DNA of 32,854 nt from positions 1 through 32,854 of the forward strand of contig JAKITZ010000001.1 in assembly GCA_021647805.1 (NCBI GenBank), given 5' to 3'. The notes under the pieces are model-generated. The model made no database searches. It was not told the DNA's origin and saw only the letters and a list, made by a program, of their open reading frames with translations. This DNA is from Robiginitomaculum sp. (GTDB lineage: Bacteria; Pseudomonadota; Alphaproteobacteria; Caulobacterales; Maricaulaceae). A program made the translations under genes and the position numbers. Below are positions 1 to 8,852 of this stretch, one piece after another; position 1 is the first letter of the stretch, and every line of letters begins with the position of its first letter.

Positions 1-580
1 CCGCCATGACTGCGTATGATAATTTCCACGAACTATAATCAGCAATTATCAAGCCAAGGCCGGCAAACATAATCGCAAACCGGTAACCAAGGATATATGT
101 GGCCGCCATGCCAGCTTGTTCTTTATTGGGAGCCGATTCAATACGCCATGCATCAACAGATATATCTAATGTTGCCCCCGAATATGCCAATATCAATGCT
201 CCGGCAATAGTCATGCCCAAGCCCTTAGAGGGATCAGAAAAACCAATTAACAAAAGTCCCATTATTGTTCCAAGCAGCGCAATTAACATCCACGAACGCC
301 GGCGACCCAATATGTTATATAGAAACGGAATTTGAACACGATCAACTACTGGCGCCCACAAGAACTTGAACGTGTAAGCCAAGCCCACCCAGTAAAAAAA
401 TCCTATTGTAGAGCGATCAATACCTACTTCGCGTAGCCAGAATGATAGTTTTGAGAACACCATCATCAAAGGCAGACCGGATGCAAACCCCAGCACCAGC
501 ATAGCCGGATAAGAAAAAATTAGATCTTTCCATGATCGATGAGCAAATTTTTGCAGTTTGGGTTTTTCTGTACTTATCAT
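1..580 (-). CDS. ampG: AmpG-type MFS permease, N-terminal part; the gene runs off the left edge
   Basis: Absent from the ORF track because it is edge-truncated. The reverse complement from ATG (580-578) reads MISTEKPKLQKFAHRSWKDLIFSYPAMLVLGFASGLPLMMVFSKLSFWLREVGIDRSTIGFFYWVGLAYTFKFLWAPVVDR... It shows successive TM helices and the YxxKFLWAPxVDR stretch I associate with AmpG. The listed + ORF 99..335 is its antisense shadow. Confidence 0.62.
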   Translation of the reverse strand, partial: MISTEKPKLQKFAHRSWKDLIFSYPAMLVLGFASGLPLMMVFSKLSFWLREVGIDRSTIGFFYWVGLAYTFKFLWAPVVDRVQIPFLYNILGRRRSWMLIALLGTIMGLLLIGFSDPSKGLGMTIAGALILAYSGATLDISVDAWRIESAPNKEQAGMAATYILGYRFAIMFAGLGLIIADYSSWKLSYAVMA

Positions 581-612
581 TGGCCTGCCAAAATTATTAA
601 GGCCTATTTGCC

Positions 613-1452
613 TTAACCAAGTTTGGCGCGGTTTTGCGGCTCTGTCCAACGTTTACTAGCGGCGGCCAGTGCATCAATGCTTATTGGCTTGGTTAAAAAC
701 CCGTTCATGCCGGCCTTGTGACAAGAGGTTTTATCTTCAGCAAAAGCATTGGCAGTAAGTGCCACTATTGGAATTTCAGCCCATTTGCCACCTAATGCAC
801 GAATGGCTTTGGTTGCGCTTAAACCATCCATTTTTGGCATGCGTATGTCCATAAACACTAGGTCAAATTCGCTTTGTTTTGCCGCATCCAACGCCGCAAC
901 ACCATCTTCCACATGAGTGACCAAGCACCCAGTTCGTTCCAGCAGTGTCCGCGCAAGTTTTGCGTTTAGTAAATCATCTTCGGCCAACAATACTCGCATG
1001 GCGGTTTTGGCAGCAGGGGGTATTTGTTTTTTGGTTCGTGCAGGGACGTTGTCATTAGTATTGGAATTGGTCTTTTCTTTTGCCGGTTTGGCGTAAACTG
1101 ATGTCTGGTTTTTTCGCCGGTCGCGATCAGGGTTAAATGTTGATCTTTGGTCTTTTCTACGGTCAGCATTTAGTCTGCCAACAGAAACAGTTCCACCTTC
1201 TTCCAGCTTTATTTCAACCCACTCCACCCAATATAGTTTATCATCTATGCTAAGGTTTCCATAAGCCCGGTTTTCATCGAACGCTCCGATTTGTGCTCCG
1301 CAAGTGGCATCATCAAGCTTGCGGCCAATCCAGTATTTATGATCGTTACCAAAAGCAGAAATGAACGCCATATTGACCATCTTAATCTTGCGATTTCGGT
1401 CACGACAGACCACAAGGTCGGGTAATTGTTGAAAAAGAGAAGCTATGTCCAT
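613..1452 (-). CDS. Response regulator with a C-terminal receiver (REC) domain, an N-terminal PAS-like sensory region and a basic low-complexity linker
   Basis: The C-terminal half reads RVLLAEDDLLNAKLARTLLERTGCLVTHVEDGVAALDA...FDLVFMDIRMPKMDGL...IPIVALTANAF...GMNGFLTKPI, the classic CheY-like DD...D...T...K pattern. No DNA-binding output domain is visible. Confidence 0.8.
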   Translation of the reverse strand: MDIASLFQQLPDLVVCRDRNRKIKMVNMAFISAFGNDHKYWIGRKLDDATCGAQIGAFDENRAYGNLSIDDKLYWVEWVEIKLEEGGTVSVGRLNADRRKDQRSTFNPDRDRRKNQTSVYAKPAKEKTNSNTNDNVPARTKKQIPPAAKTAMRVLLAEDDLLNAKLARTLLERTGCLVTHVEDGVAALDAAKQSEFDLVFMDIRMPKMDGLSATKAIRALGGKWAEIPIVALTANAFAEDKTSCHKAGMNGFLTKPISIDALAAASKRWTEPQNRAKLG

Positions 1453-1497
1453 TGGGTATACCTGTTAAATTCAAGAAAGAACCCTAACAGGCGAGGT

Positions 1498-3054
1498 TTA
1501 AGAAACCGTCACTTTCGAGTTTAAAATTGCACCATTTGCCGTATCGCTTGCTTGCCCGGTTCTGCGGCGCAACCCCAAGCTTTCGGCAATATGCATGCGC
1601 CGTACAGCGGTTACGCCTTCAATGTCAGCAATGGTTCTGGCGGTACGTAGAACTCGATGATAACCACGGGCGGTTAATTGCAAATGTTCTGCAGCCTTTA
1701 ACAATAATTGCCGCCCGGCTTCGTCGGGTCTAGCCACGTGATCAAGCGATGCAGTAGAAATTTCAGCATTGGTTATTCCGTTTGTTTCTTTCTCCCGCGA
1801 TAATTGTATATCTCTGGCCAGCTTTACTCTAGCCGCAACCTCTTTTGTGCCCTCAGATGATGGCGGTAATGCCAGATCAGCTGCGGTAACTGCAGGAACA
1901 TCAATTTGTAAATCCATTCGATCCATTAACGGCCCTGATATTCTTGCTTGATAGTCACTGACGCATCTTGGTCCTCGCCGACAGGCATAACCGTCATTAC
2001 CGCCTGAGCCGCACCTGCAGGGATTCATTGCTGCGATTAGCTGAAACCTTGCCGGATAAGTGATATGGGCATTGGCTCTGGCAACACTAATGCTTCCAGT
2101 TTCCAATGGCTGGCGTAAACTATCCAAAACCTGCGGTGAAAACTCTGGAAACTCGTCCAAAAACAATACTCCTCGATGCGCCAAACTGGCCTCTCCGGGT
2201 TTGGCTTTGTGCCCACCACCAACCAATGCTGCCATTGAGGCGCTATGATGGGGTGATCTAAATGGACGTGACCTGGTTAATTGTCCCCTTTCCAAAAGTC
2301 CTGCCAGAGAATGTACCATCGATACTTCGAGTAATTCACGCGAAGAAAGTGGCGGTAACAGCCCGGGCAATCTGGCGGCCAGCATTGATTTACCAGAGCC
2401 GGGTGGCCCGATCATAAGTAAATTATGCCCACCAGCAGCAGCGATTTCCAACGCTCGTTTTGCCAGTTCCTGCCCACGAACGTCTGATATATCCGCAATT
2501 GCCGGCTCTTTAGCCAATTCTCCGGGTTTTGGGCTTGGCAAAACCGCTTTGCCTTTTATGTGGTTTACCAGCTCAATCAGGCTAGCCGGCGCAAGAATAT
2601 CCATTTCACCAGCCCATGCAGCTTCGGGGCCATTTGCTATTGGGCAAATAAGCCCAAGATCGGAGCTGTTTGCTGCCATTGCCGCTGGTAAAGCACCGTT
2701 TACTGGCGCTATTTGGCCGTTTAATGACAACTCGCCGATCGCTGCAAACCGATCAAAAGCATCTTCGGGTAACACGCCGATCGCCATCATCAGCGCCAAA
2801 GCTATTGGCAAATCGTAATGCGAGCCTTCTTTGGGTTGATCAGCGGGAGCCAAATTAACCACCAAGCGTTTGCCCGGCAGAGCCAAACCAATGGCCGCAA
2901 ATGCGGCTCTTACCCGCTCCCGGCTTTCGGCAACAGCTTTGTCACCCAAACCAACTATTGAGAAACTGGGCAGGCCGGAAACAATTTGCACCTGCACATC
3001 AACCTCACGCGCCTCAACGCCATCAAATGCAAATGTAGTAATTCTGGTTGCCAT
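1498..3054 (-). CDS. comM: YifB/ComM family Mg-chelatase-like AAA+ ATPase
   Basis: 518 aa. The N-terminus has a Lon-protease-like S5 fold (VDVQVQI..GLPSFSIVGL.D.AV.ESRERV). Walker A is GPPGSGKSM, followed by VLFLDEFPEF and a C-terminal ARGYHRVLRTARTIADIEG, all typical of this family. Confidence 0.9.
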   Translation of the reverse strand: MATRITTFAFDGVEAREVDVQVQIVSGLPSFSIVGLGDKAVAESRERVRAAFAAIGLALPGKRLVVNLAPADQPKEGSHYDLPIALALMMAIGVLPEDAFDRFAAIGELSLNGQIAPVNGALPAAMAANSSDLGLICPIANGPEAAWAGEMDILAPASLIELVNHIKGKAVLPSPKPGELAKEPAIADISDVRGQELAKRALEIAAAGGHNLLMIGPPGSGKSMLAARLPGLLPPLSSRELLEVSMVHSLAGLLERGQLTRSRPFRSPHHSASMAALVGGGHKAKPGEASLAHRGVLFLDEFPEFSPQVLDSLRQPLETGSISVARANAHITYPARFQLIAAMNPCRCGSGGNDGYACRRGPRCVSDYQARISGPLMDRMDLQIDVPAVTAADLALPPSSEGTKEVAARVKLARDIQLSREKETNGITNAEISTASLDHVARPDEAGRQLLLKAAEHLQLTARGYHRVLRTARTIADIEGVTAVRRMHIAESLGLRRRTGQASDTANGAILNSKVTVS

Positions 3055-3178
3055 GTTGTCGTTCTCTCGTTTGTAAAAGAAACGCTAGAACACCTTAGAG
3101 GTAAAAGCAAGAACAAAAAGAGAACGATTGGTTTTGAAGAATAGCTTCTGTGTAATGGTTTAGAGACCCTAATGACTT

Positions 3179-3643
3179 TTACTCATCATCATCAAAGACG
3201 CCAAGCACATCTGCTAGACCTAACAAATCATCACCTAACTGGTCTTGAATAGAGCTTAAATCTACATCGTGATGGTATAAAGCACGGCCAACTTCGAATA
3301 GTGATTTTTTATCTCCTAGCATCGCAGCAATTATATAACAACGGACAGCCTGTGAAACAGATTTAACTTTTCCAGCTCCCTTTTCAAAACTCACCGCAAG
3401 GTCGAACCAGGCTTCTGCCACAGCTTCTTTACCTGCTAATTCCAGTAACCTATTACCCTCCTCATGATCTTCTGGTATTTCTCCCACACCAAACAAATAC
3501 CAAGTTGCTAGAGCATATGTTGAGCGACCGTGTCCAACAGCAACCCCTTTTCTTAATATACGTTCTGCTTCTTTAGTGTATCCTTTTGCATCCAAACTAA
3601 TACGCAGAGCTTCTTCATAATCCTCTTCGGAAAATTCTTCCAT
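3179..3643 (-). CDS. Small Sel1-like/TPR-like repeat protein with an acidic tail
   Basis: 154 aa with repeated A..W(Y/F)..(G/A)...G.G motifs (ALATWYLFGVGEIPEDHEEGNRLLELAGKEAVAEAWFDLAVSFEKGAG...AVRCYIIAAMLGD) resembling Sel1 repeats. AT-rich compared with neighbours by eye. Confidence 0.45.
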   Translation of the reverse strand: MEEFSEEDYEEALRISLDAKGYTKEAERILRKGVAVGHGRSTYALATWYLFGVGEIPEDHEEGNRLLELAGKEAVAEAWFDLAVSFEKGAGKVKSVSQAVRCYIIAAMLGDKKSLFEVGRALYHHDVDLSSIQDQLGDDLLGLADVLGVFDDDE

Positions 3644-3650
3644 ATTTTAA

Positions 3651-4046
3651 CTACTCTCTTGAAATAATCATGCTGGCACGAAAGCCATTAGATGATAATT
3701 GTCTGCTTAATTTTTCAATCTCATCTTTTCGCGAGCTATCTCCGAGCAAAAGAATATTTATGTTTGGGTTTTCATTGTGCCGCTTGGACAAGTGCTCAAT
3801 AATATTTTCTTCAGAGAATAGTTTATCATCAATTTTGTATGCGCTCTTACCAATAACAACCATGACAATGGGAGCGGTTTGTTCTGATGCCGATCTTTCA
3901 ACCGGCATTAATTTTGGCTGGTATGGATCATTGAATATTTCATCAATTTGATCGCAAGCAGCTATAGGCAATATAAATACAAAAGCAGCGATTATTAACT
4001 TACTTATTATGTTCTTACTCTGAGCGTTACTGCTTATAATGGTCAT
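3651..4046 (-). CDS. Hypothetical lipoprotein whose mature part has an ExbD/TolR-like sequence pattern
   Basis: The N-terminus KLIIAAFVFILPIAAC gives a signal peptide plus lipobox Cys. The pattern PIVMVVIGKSAYKIDDKLFSEENIIEHLSKRHNENPNINILLLGDSS...EIEKLSRQLSSNGF resembles ExbD periplasmic domains. This is recollection only. Confidence 0.4.
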   Translation of the reverse strand: MTIISSNAQSKNIISKLIIAAFVFILPIAACDQIDEIFNDPYQPKLMPVERSASEQTAPIVMVVIGKSAYKIDDKLFSEENIIEHLSKRHNENPNINILLLGDSSRKDEIEKLSRQLSSNGFRASMIISRE

Positions 4047-4097
4047 TCAGCCTCTCCACAAAAAATAGTAGCAAATATCTACGGTGATTTACGGCGG

Positions 4098-4964
4098 TTA
4101 CAATGCTGCTGCCAGCTCGGAATTAACCTGAGTTAAGTTCTCATCAAACAGTTCTGCCCAAGCTTCAAAGCCCTTCGCTCGTCTTGCGCCTTGTGGATAC
4201 AAAACACCCCGGGAAGCATTAACCACCACACCCTCACCATTTACCGTAGCCGCCAAAGCGTCTTTTGCGCTAGCGCCCTGCGCTCCGAAACCCGGAACCA
4301 AAAACGGACAGTTTGGTAAAATATTTCGCAAAAACTTTGCTTCATTGGGTGCGGTTGCGCCAACCACCACCATCAATGACGACCATTTGTCGTCTCCGGT
4401 TTGTAGATCTCTGGCAAAGGGAGCCAATTTCTCGGCCACACATTCAAATACTGTTTTTCCGCTTACTTGTAATTCCTGAAAGTCGGCAGCGCCGGGGTTT
4501 GAAGTGCGAACTAAAACAATTACGCCCTTATTGTTCTCTTTGGCTAAAGAAAAAAACGGCTCCAAAGTTTCTATACCCATATAAGGATTTAAGGTAATTG
4601 CATCAACATGTAGCCAAGCCTCAGCACCCAAATACCCTTGGGCATAACCTTCGGCGGTCGAACCAATATCACCACGCTTGGCATCAAGCAAAACCAGCAG
4701 ACCAGCACTTTTGGCAGCAGATGCTAGTTCCGCCAACAGTTCCAAACCTGCTGGCCCGTAGCGTTCAAACAAAGCAATTTGCGGCTTTATTATTCCGCAT
4801 TTACCTTCTATGCGCTGTAGAACCTCGAGAAAGAAAGCTTTGATCGCCGGTAGGCCAGTGCCAAATATTTCAGGGATACGATTCGGATGCGGATCAAACC
4901 CGACACATAATGGCCCGTATTTCCGAACTGAATCGGTTAGTTTATCGCCAAAAGATAAGTTCAT
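4098..4964 (-). CDS. pyrF: Orotidine 5'-phosphate decarboxylase, type 2
   Basis: 288 aa. Motifs GPLCVGFDPH, LLDAKRGDIGSTAEGYA and ITLNPYMG are typical of the long-form PyrF. Confidence 0.88.
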   Translation of the reverse strand: MNLSFGDKLTDSVRKYGPLCVGFDPHPNRIPEIFGTGLPAIKAFFLEVLQRIEGKCGIIKPQIALFERYGPAGLELLAELASAAKSAGLLVLLDAKRGDIGSTAEGYAQGYLGAEAWLHVDAITLNPYMGIETLEPFFSLAKENNKGVIVLVRTSNPGAADFQELQVSGKTVFECVAEKLAPFARDLQTGDDKWSSLMVVVGATAPNEAKFLRNILPNCPFLVPGFGAQGASAKDALAATVNGEGVVVNASRGVLYPQGARRAKGFEAWAELFDENLTQVNSELAAAL

Positions 4965-4987
4965 ATCATTTTCCCTCTCAGCAGAAA

Positions 4988-6202
4988 TTACGTTGATTCT
5001 TCTGTTTGCTCAATAACCTCTAAAGCAATCGGGTGCCCAGGTTGCAACTTTAAAATCTGTTCCGCCAAACGCGTCACCAAAATTTGATCGGAGCCATCAC
5101 GTAAAGTGACCATGGCTTGTACCAGCAGACCGGCGCTAGTGGCTTCATTTCCAAGGCGCATTTTTGTTTCTTGATAAAGTCTGGTGGCATATTCATCGCG
5201 TTCATATAACAGCGGTGCCAAAGCCTGAGTATAACTAACCACCTCGTTTAGTATATCAGCTTTCGGTGTCCATTTGTTACTTAATATTTTTTGGTATTCA
5301 TCAATCAGCTGCTCGGTCATACTGGCTAATGAAGCATGTTCAACAACCAGCCCGGCCAGCTGCTTACCTTGTTCCCATTTTATATTAGAAATTTCATTAG
5401 ATATATCATTTTCATCCAATTTACGATCAATGGCTCGCAGGCCAAAATTTAGTGTACGAAGTTTGAGCCAGTTTTGTGGTGTTACTGCGCCGCCCCATTT
5501 ACCATAATCGGCAAGAATTACATTACAGCCGCATGCCATAGCTTCGATAGCGGCTCGGCCTTTGGCGAAAACCAGTCCATATTCTCCTAAGATTCTTTCT
5601 GGTCGATCAATGGGCTTACCCACTCCAGAACCGATAACATCTAATTGTATGCCATTTGCCACGCAAGCGTTTGCCAATGGTAAAATGGAGGCATCTTGTG
5701 CTTGGTTAGAAAACACCAAAGCTCGTTTATTCCGGGACGGATCATTATTATTACTTAGATGAAACCGTTTTAGGTCAACACCATTTTGAATGATGGCTAT
5801 TTCTTTGGTGGAGATATTTAGATCATTTATCAATCTGTCTCGACCGGCTTGATCCACAGCAATGAATTTTTTGATTTGTTGGAATTTGATCAACGGAGTT
5901 TCTGACCAAGGTATAAGTCCGTGACAAACAAAAACTGCTGGTGTTTGCGGAAGGGCAAAAAAAGCACTTGCAGACGCAGTGAAATGGTGTGCGTGAATAA
6001 GGTCAGGTTTGTGGGTTAATTGTTGTAAATCACTAATCGCCTCAATTTCATGGTCTCGTAATTCATCTGCAACCCTGCCTAGCTTTGGTGAATAACAAAT
6101 TGCCGTTATTCCTTTGTCTTTTAGGGACAAGGCCAAGTCGCGCACATACATTTCTGTGCCGGCTCGAGCGTTAAGTGTGTTATTGGTGATTAAAATTCGC
6201 AT
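4988..6202 (-). CDS. GT4-family glycosyltransferase with a helical C-terminal extension
   Basis: The N-terminus MRILITNNTLNARAGTEMYVRDLALSLKDKG is GT-B/GT4-like. It continues with HAHHF..., VFSNQ... and GRAAIEAMACGCNVI (the E-x7-E region is degenerate). Confidence 0.7.
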   Translation of the reverse strand: MRILITNNTLNARAGTEMYVRDLALSLKDKGITAICYSPKLGRVADELRDHEIEAISDLQQLTHKPDLIHAHHFTASASAFFALPQTPAVFVCHGLIPWSETPLIKFQQIKKFIAVDQAGRDRLINDLNISTKEIAIIQNGVDLKRFHLSNNNDPSRNKRALVFSNQAQDASILPLANACVANGIQLDVIGSGVGKPIDRPERILGEYGLVFAKGRAAIEAMACGCNVILADYGKWGGAVTPQNWLKLRTLNFGLRAIDRKLDENDISNEISNIKWEQGKQLAGLVVEHASLASMTEQLIDEYQKILSNKWTPKADILNEVVSYTQALAPLLYERDEYATRLYQETKMRLGNEATSAGLLVQAMVTLRDGSDQILVTRLAEQILKLQPGHPIALEVIEQTEEST

Positions 6203-6983
6203 CAGGTAAGTCTGACAGAAAATTCAATGCAAAAGCAAGGTGCGGGTGTAAACGTAATATTTCTTTGTATTTCTTACTTTGAACTCGCTGTTCGCCATAG
6301 CGCTCAAAATGCGGTTTGCACTTAGAGTATCGATTGAAGTAATCTGGTAGGCTTATTGGGGGTCTTAAGATTTCCCTAGCGTTTACATCAACGCCAAATT
6401 CTGCCTCCATCGCTTTGGCTTCATTTGCTAGTTGCCCGCCAGCGGCTTTGGCATAGGAGTTAATAGCCGAAGTTTTTATTTGCGACTGATTATTAGTCAT
6501 ATCAAGAACCATACAATCAGTAATGTCATGACCGTCAAGTTCATGCGGATGTTCAGTAAGCGGTGTCACCATAATTTTGGTTTGTAATTTGCTTGTTTTT
6601 ACCGCCGCCAAAGTTAAGAAGTGACATAAATCATGCACTGGATTATAGCCTTCTGCGGCATCTGTTATGATAATATCCGGTTGTTCTTTTTGTATAATAA
6701 AGCACAATTTATGATAAAAATCAGCCATCCAAGCTTGGTCTTTGGTCATTATAGCCAAATAAACCTCGGTATCTGAGACTGCTATTTCTGAATCTAAGGC
6801 TTGTAGTCCATAATCCTGCAGCAATTCGCTGGATTGTTGTAATCTTTGTTGTCCGGTACTGGCAGAAGCATCACTCAAGTATAAAACTTTCGCGGACAAG
6901 GATTGTAAAAAACCAAAACAACGCAACTCATGTCCCGGATGAGCGAATATTGCGATTACTTTTTCTTGGGGGCGAACTATCAT
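6180..6983 (-). CDS. Divergent PIG-L/LmbE-like (deacetylase-fold) protein
   Basis: VIAIFAHPGHELRCFG occupies the place of the AHPDDE motif, and NPVHDLCH resembles the H-x-D-H region. The 3' end overlaps the GT4 start by 23 nt, and the start abuts the bkdR stop. Confidence 0.4.
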   Translation of the reverse strand: MIVRPQEKVIAIFAHPGHELRCFGFLQSLSAKVLYLSDASASTGQQRLQQSSELLQDYGLQALDSEIAVSDTEVYLAIMTKDQAWMADFYHKLCFIIQKEQPDIIITDAAEGYNPVHDLCHFLTLAAVKTSKLQTKIMVTPLTEHPHELDGHDITDCMVLDMTNNQSQIKTSAINSYAKAAGGQLANEAKAMEAEFGVDVNAREILRPPISLPDYFNRYSKCKPHFERYGEQRVQSKKYKEILRLHPHLAFALNFLSDLPDANFNHQ

Positions 6984-7477
6984 TACTTCGGAGCAATTAA
7001 CCCCAATGGTAATGCCGTGGTATCTTTTACGCTACGGATCACAATTCGCGACAATGCTGTTTGCACCAGATCAAGACTTAAAATTTGATCCCGCAAGAAA
7101 TCATCATACGTGTTCATATCGGTGGTAATTACCCGAAGCACATAATCTACCGCACCGGTAACTGTGGCGCATTCTAAAACCTCTGGCAATGCGCTGACGA
7201 ATTTCTCAAAAATCTTTAAATTATCGCGGGTTGGCCGCTCTAACTTAACCGCCACATACACCTCAAAACCAAGACCAAGTTTATCACGGTTGAGAATAGT
7301 CACATTGCGTACAATAATTTTGTCTTCTTCCATGCGCTTAATACGTCGCCAGCAAGGTGATGAAGACAGCCCAACCTTGGTGGCAATATCGGCCACAGAG
7401 ATGGAAGCGTCTTCTTGTAATATCTGTAGAATTTTTGCGTCTATATCATCAATAATTGTGGTCATATTTACTCTCAT
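6983..7477 (-). CDS. bkdR: Lrp/AsnC-family transcriptional regulator, divergent from the bkd operon
   Basis: It reads DAKILQILQEDASISVADIATKVGLSSSPCWRRIKRMEEDKII (HTH_AsnC) followed by an RAM/ligand domain. The divergent position relative to branched-chain keto-acid dehydrogenase genes matches the BkdR arrangement known from Pseudomonas. Confidence 0.82.
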   Translation of the reverse strand: MRVNMTTIIDDIDAKILQILQEDASISVADIATKVGLSSSPCWRRIKRMEEDKIIVRNVTILNRDKLGLGFEVYVAVKLERPTRDNLKIFEKFVSALPEVLECATVTGAVDYVLRVITTDMNTYDDFLRDQILSLDLVQTALSRIVIRSVKDTTALPLGLIAPK

Positions 7478-7601
7478 TAAGGAAATTAGTGGAATTTTTT
7501 ACCATTATGCAGAATTATTGAGACAAAAACAATCTTTTTTGTAATACTGTTTGGAAATCCAAACCGCACACGCTCCACAAGCCTGTAACTAAATTGAGAA
7601 A

Positions 7602-8849
7602 ATGACGATGAAACGTAATAAAAACAACAACAACACCGGTTTTTTTGTCCCTGAACCGGCTGCCAGACCAGGCGAGAAGCCTGATTTTTCAAGAATTGAT
7701 ATATCAAGCCCAGGGGCAGTTCCTATGTATAAAATTGACTGCGCGGCGAAACAAACCCACGAATTTGCCGATGGGCTGATTCGGGTACTTGGGTTTGATG
7801 GTGTGGCTGGTGGTGATTGGGATCCAAAACTAGATGCCAGCGAATTATTGGAAATGTTACGCCTCATTAGTCTTACCAGAACCTATGACGAGCGCATGTT
7901 CAAATTACAGCGCCAAGGCAAAATGTCGTTTTATATGAAATCCCTCGGCGAAGAAGCCGTGGCGGTGGCGGCAGCCAAAGCTCTGGATGATGAAGACATG
8001 GTGTTTCCATCATACCGGCAACAAGGAATTTTGTTTAGCCGTGGCCGCGATATGGTTGATATGATGTGTCATTGCATTTCCAACTCACGTGACAATTTGA
8101 AAGGCCGCCAATTACCGGTGCATTACAGTTGGGCGGAAGGTAATTTTTTCTCAATCTCTGGTAATCTTTGCACACAGTTTCCACAAGCAGTAGGCTGGGC
8201 AATGGCTAGTGCCGCCAAAGGTGAAACCGCAATTGCTGCTAGTTGGATCGGTGATGGCACCACTGCCGAGGGTGATTTTCACGCGGCGCTTACATTGGCA
8301 TCGGTTTATCGTGCGCCAGTGATCTTAAACGTAGTCAATAACCAATGGGCGATCTCGACCTATGCCGGAATTGCTGGTGGTGATCAGGCCAGCTTTGCCA
8401 GTCGTGGTATTGGTTATGGCCTGCCAACTTTGCGAGTTGATGGTAATGATGCTCTGGCTGTTTATGCGGCCACCAAATGGGCGGCAAAGCGTGCTAGATC
8501 CGGTCATGGAGCAACTTTGATTGAAACGGTTACTTATCGCGGTGAAAGTCATTCGACCTCTGATGATCCGGGTAAATACCGCCCCAAAGATGAGGTGAAA
8601 AGCTGGCCGCTTGGTGATCCTCTTGAACGGTTAAAAGATCACCTTATTGGCCTTGGTACGTGGGACGATAAACGCCACGAGAAAATGCTAACCGAACAGG
8701 CCGAGTTAGTGCGACTAGCCTATAAAGAAGCCGAGAGTTTTGGCACATTACGCGAAGGCCCGCTTAGTCCAACCGCAAGCATTTTTGACGATGTTTATGT
8801 GGAACAACCTTGGCATATTCGCCGCCAACGCCAAGATCTGGGAGTATAA
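7602..8849 (+). CDS. bkdA1: Branched-chain 2-oxoacid dehydrogenase E1 alpha subunit
   Basis: 415 aa with a TPP-binding region (GDGTTAEGDFHAALTLASVYRAPVILNVVNNQWAIS) and YR..SHSTSDDP. It is followed by E1 beta, E2 and E3 genes. Confidence 0.9.
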   Translation: MTMKRNKNNNNTGFFVPEPAARPGEKPDFSRIDISSPGAVPMYKIDCAAKQTHEFADGLIRVLGFDGVAGGDWDPKLDASELLEMLRLISLTRTYDERMFKLQRQGKMSFYMKSLGEEAVAVAAAKALDDEDMVFPSYRQQGILFSRGRDMVDMMCHCISNSRDNLKGRQLPVHYSWAEGNFFSISGNLCTQFPQAVGWAMASAAKGETAIAASWIGDGTTAEGDFHAALTLASVYRAPVILNVVNNQWAISTYAGIAGGDQASFASRGIGYGLPTLRVDGNDALAVYAATKWAAKRARSGHGATLIETVTYRGESHSTSDDPGKYRPKDEVKSWPLGDPLERLKDHLIGLGTWDDKRHEKMLTEQAELVRLAYKEAESFGTLREGPLSPTASIFDDVYVEQPWHIRRQRQDLGV

Positions 8850-8852
8850 GTC

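Noticed and set aside
99-335. 78-aa + strand ORF at the left edge
   Set aside because: It lies entirely antisense to a much more convincing edge-truncated AmpG-like membrane protein (1-580, minus). It has no motif of its own.
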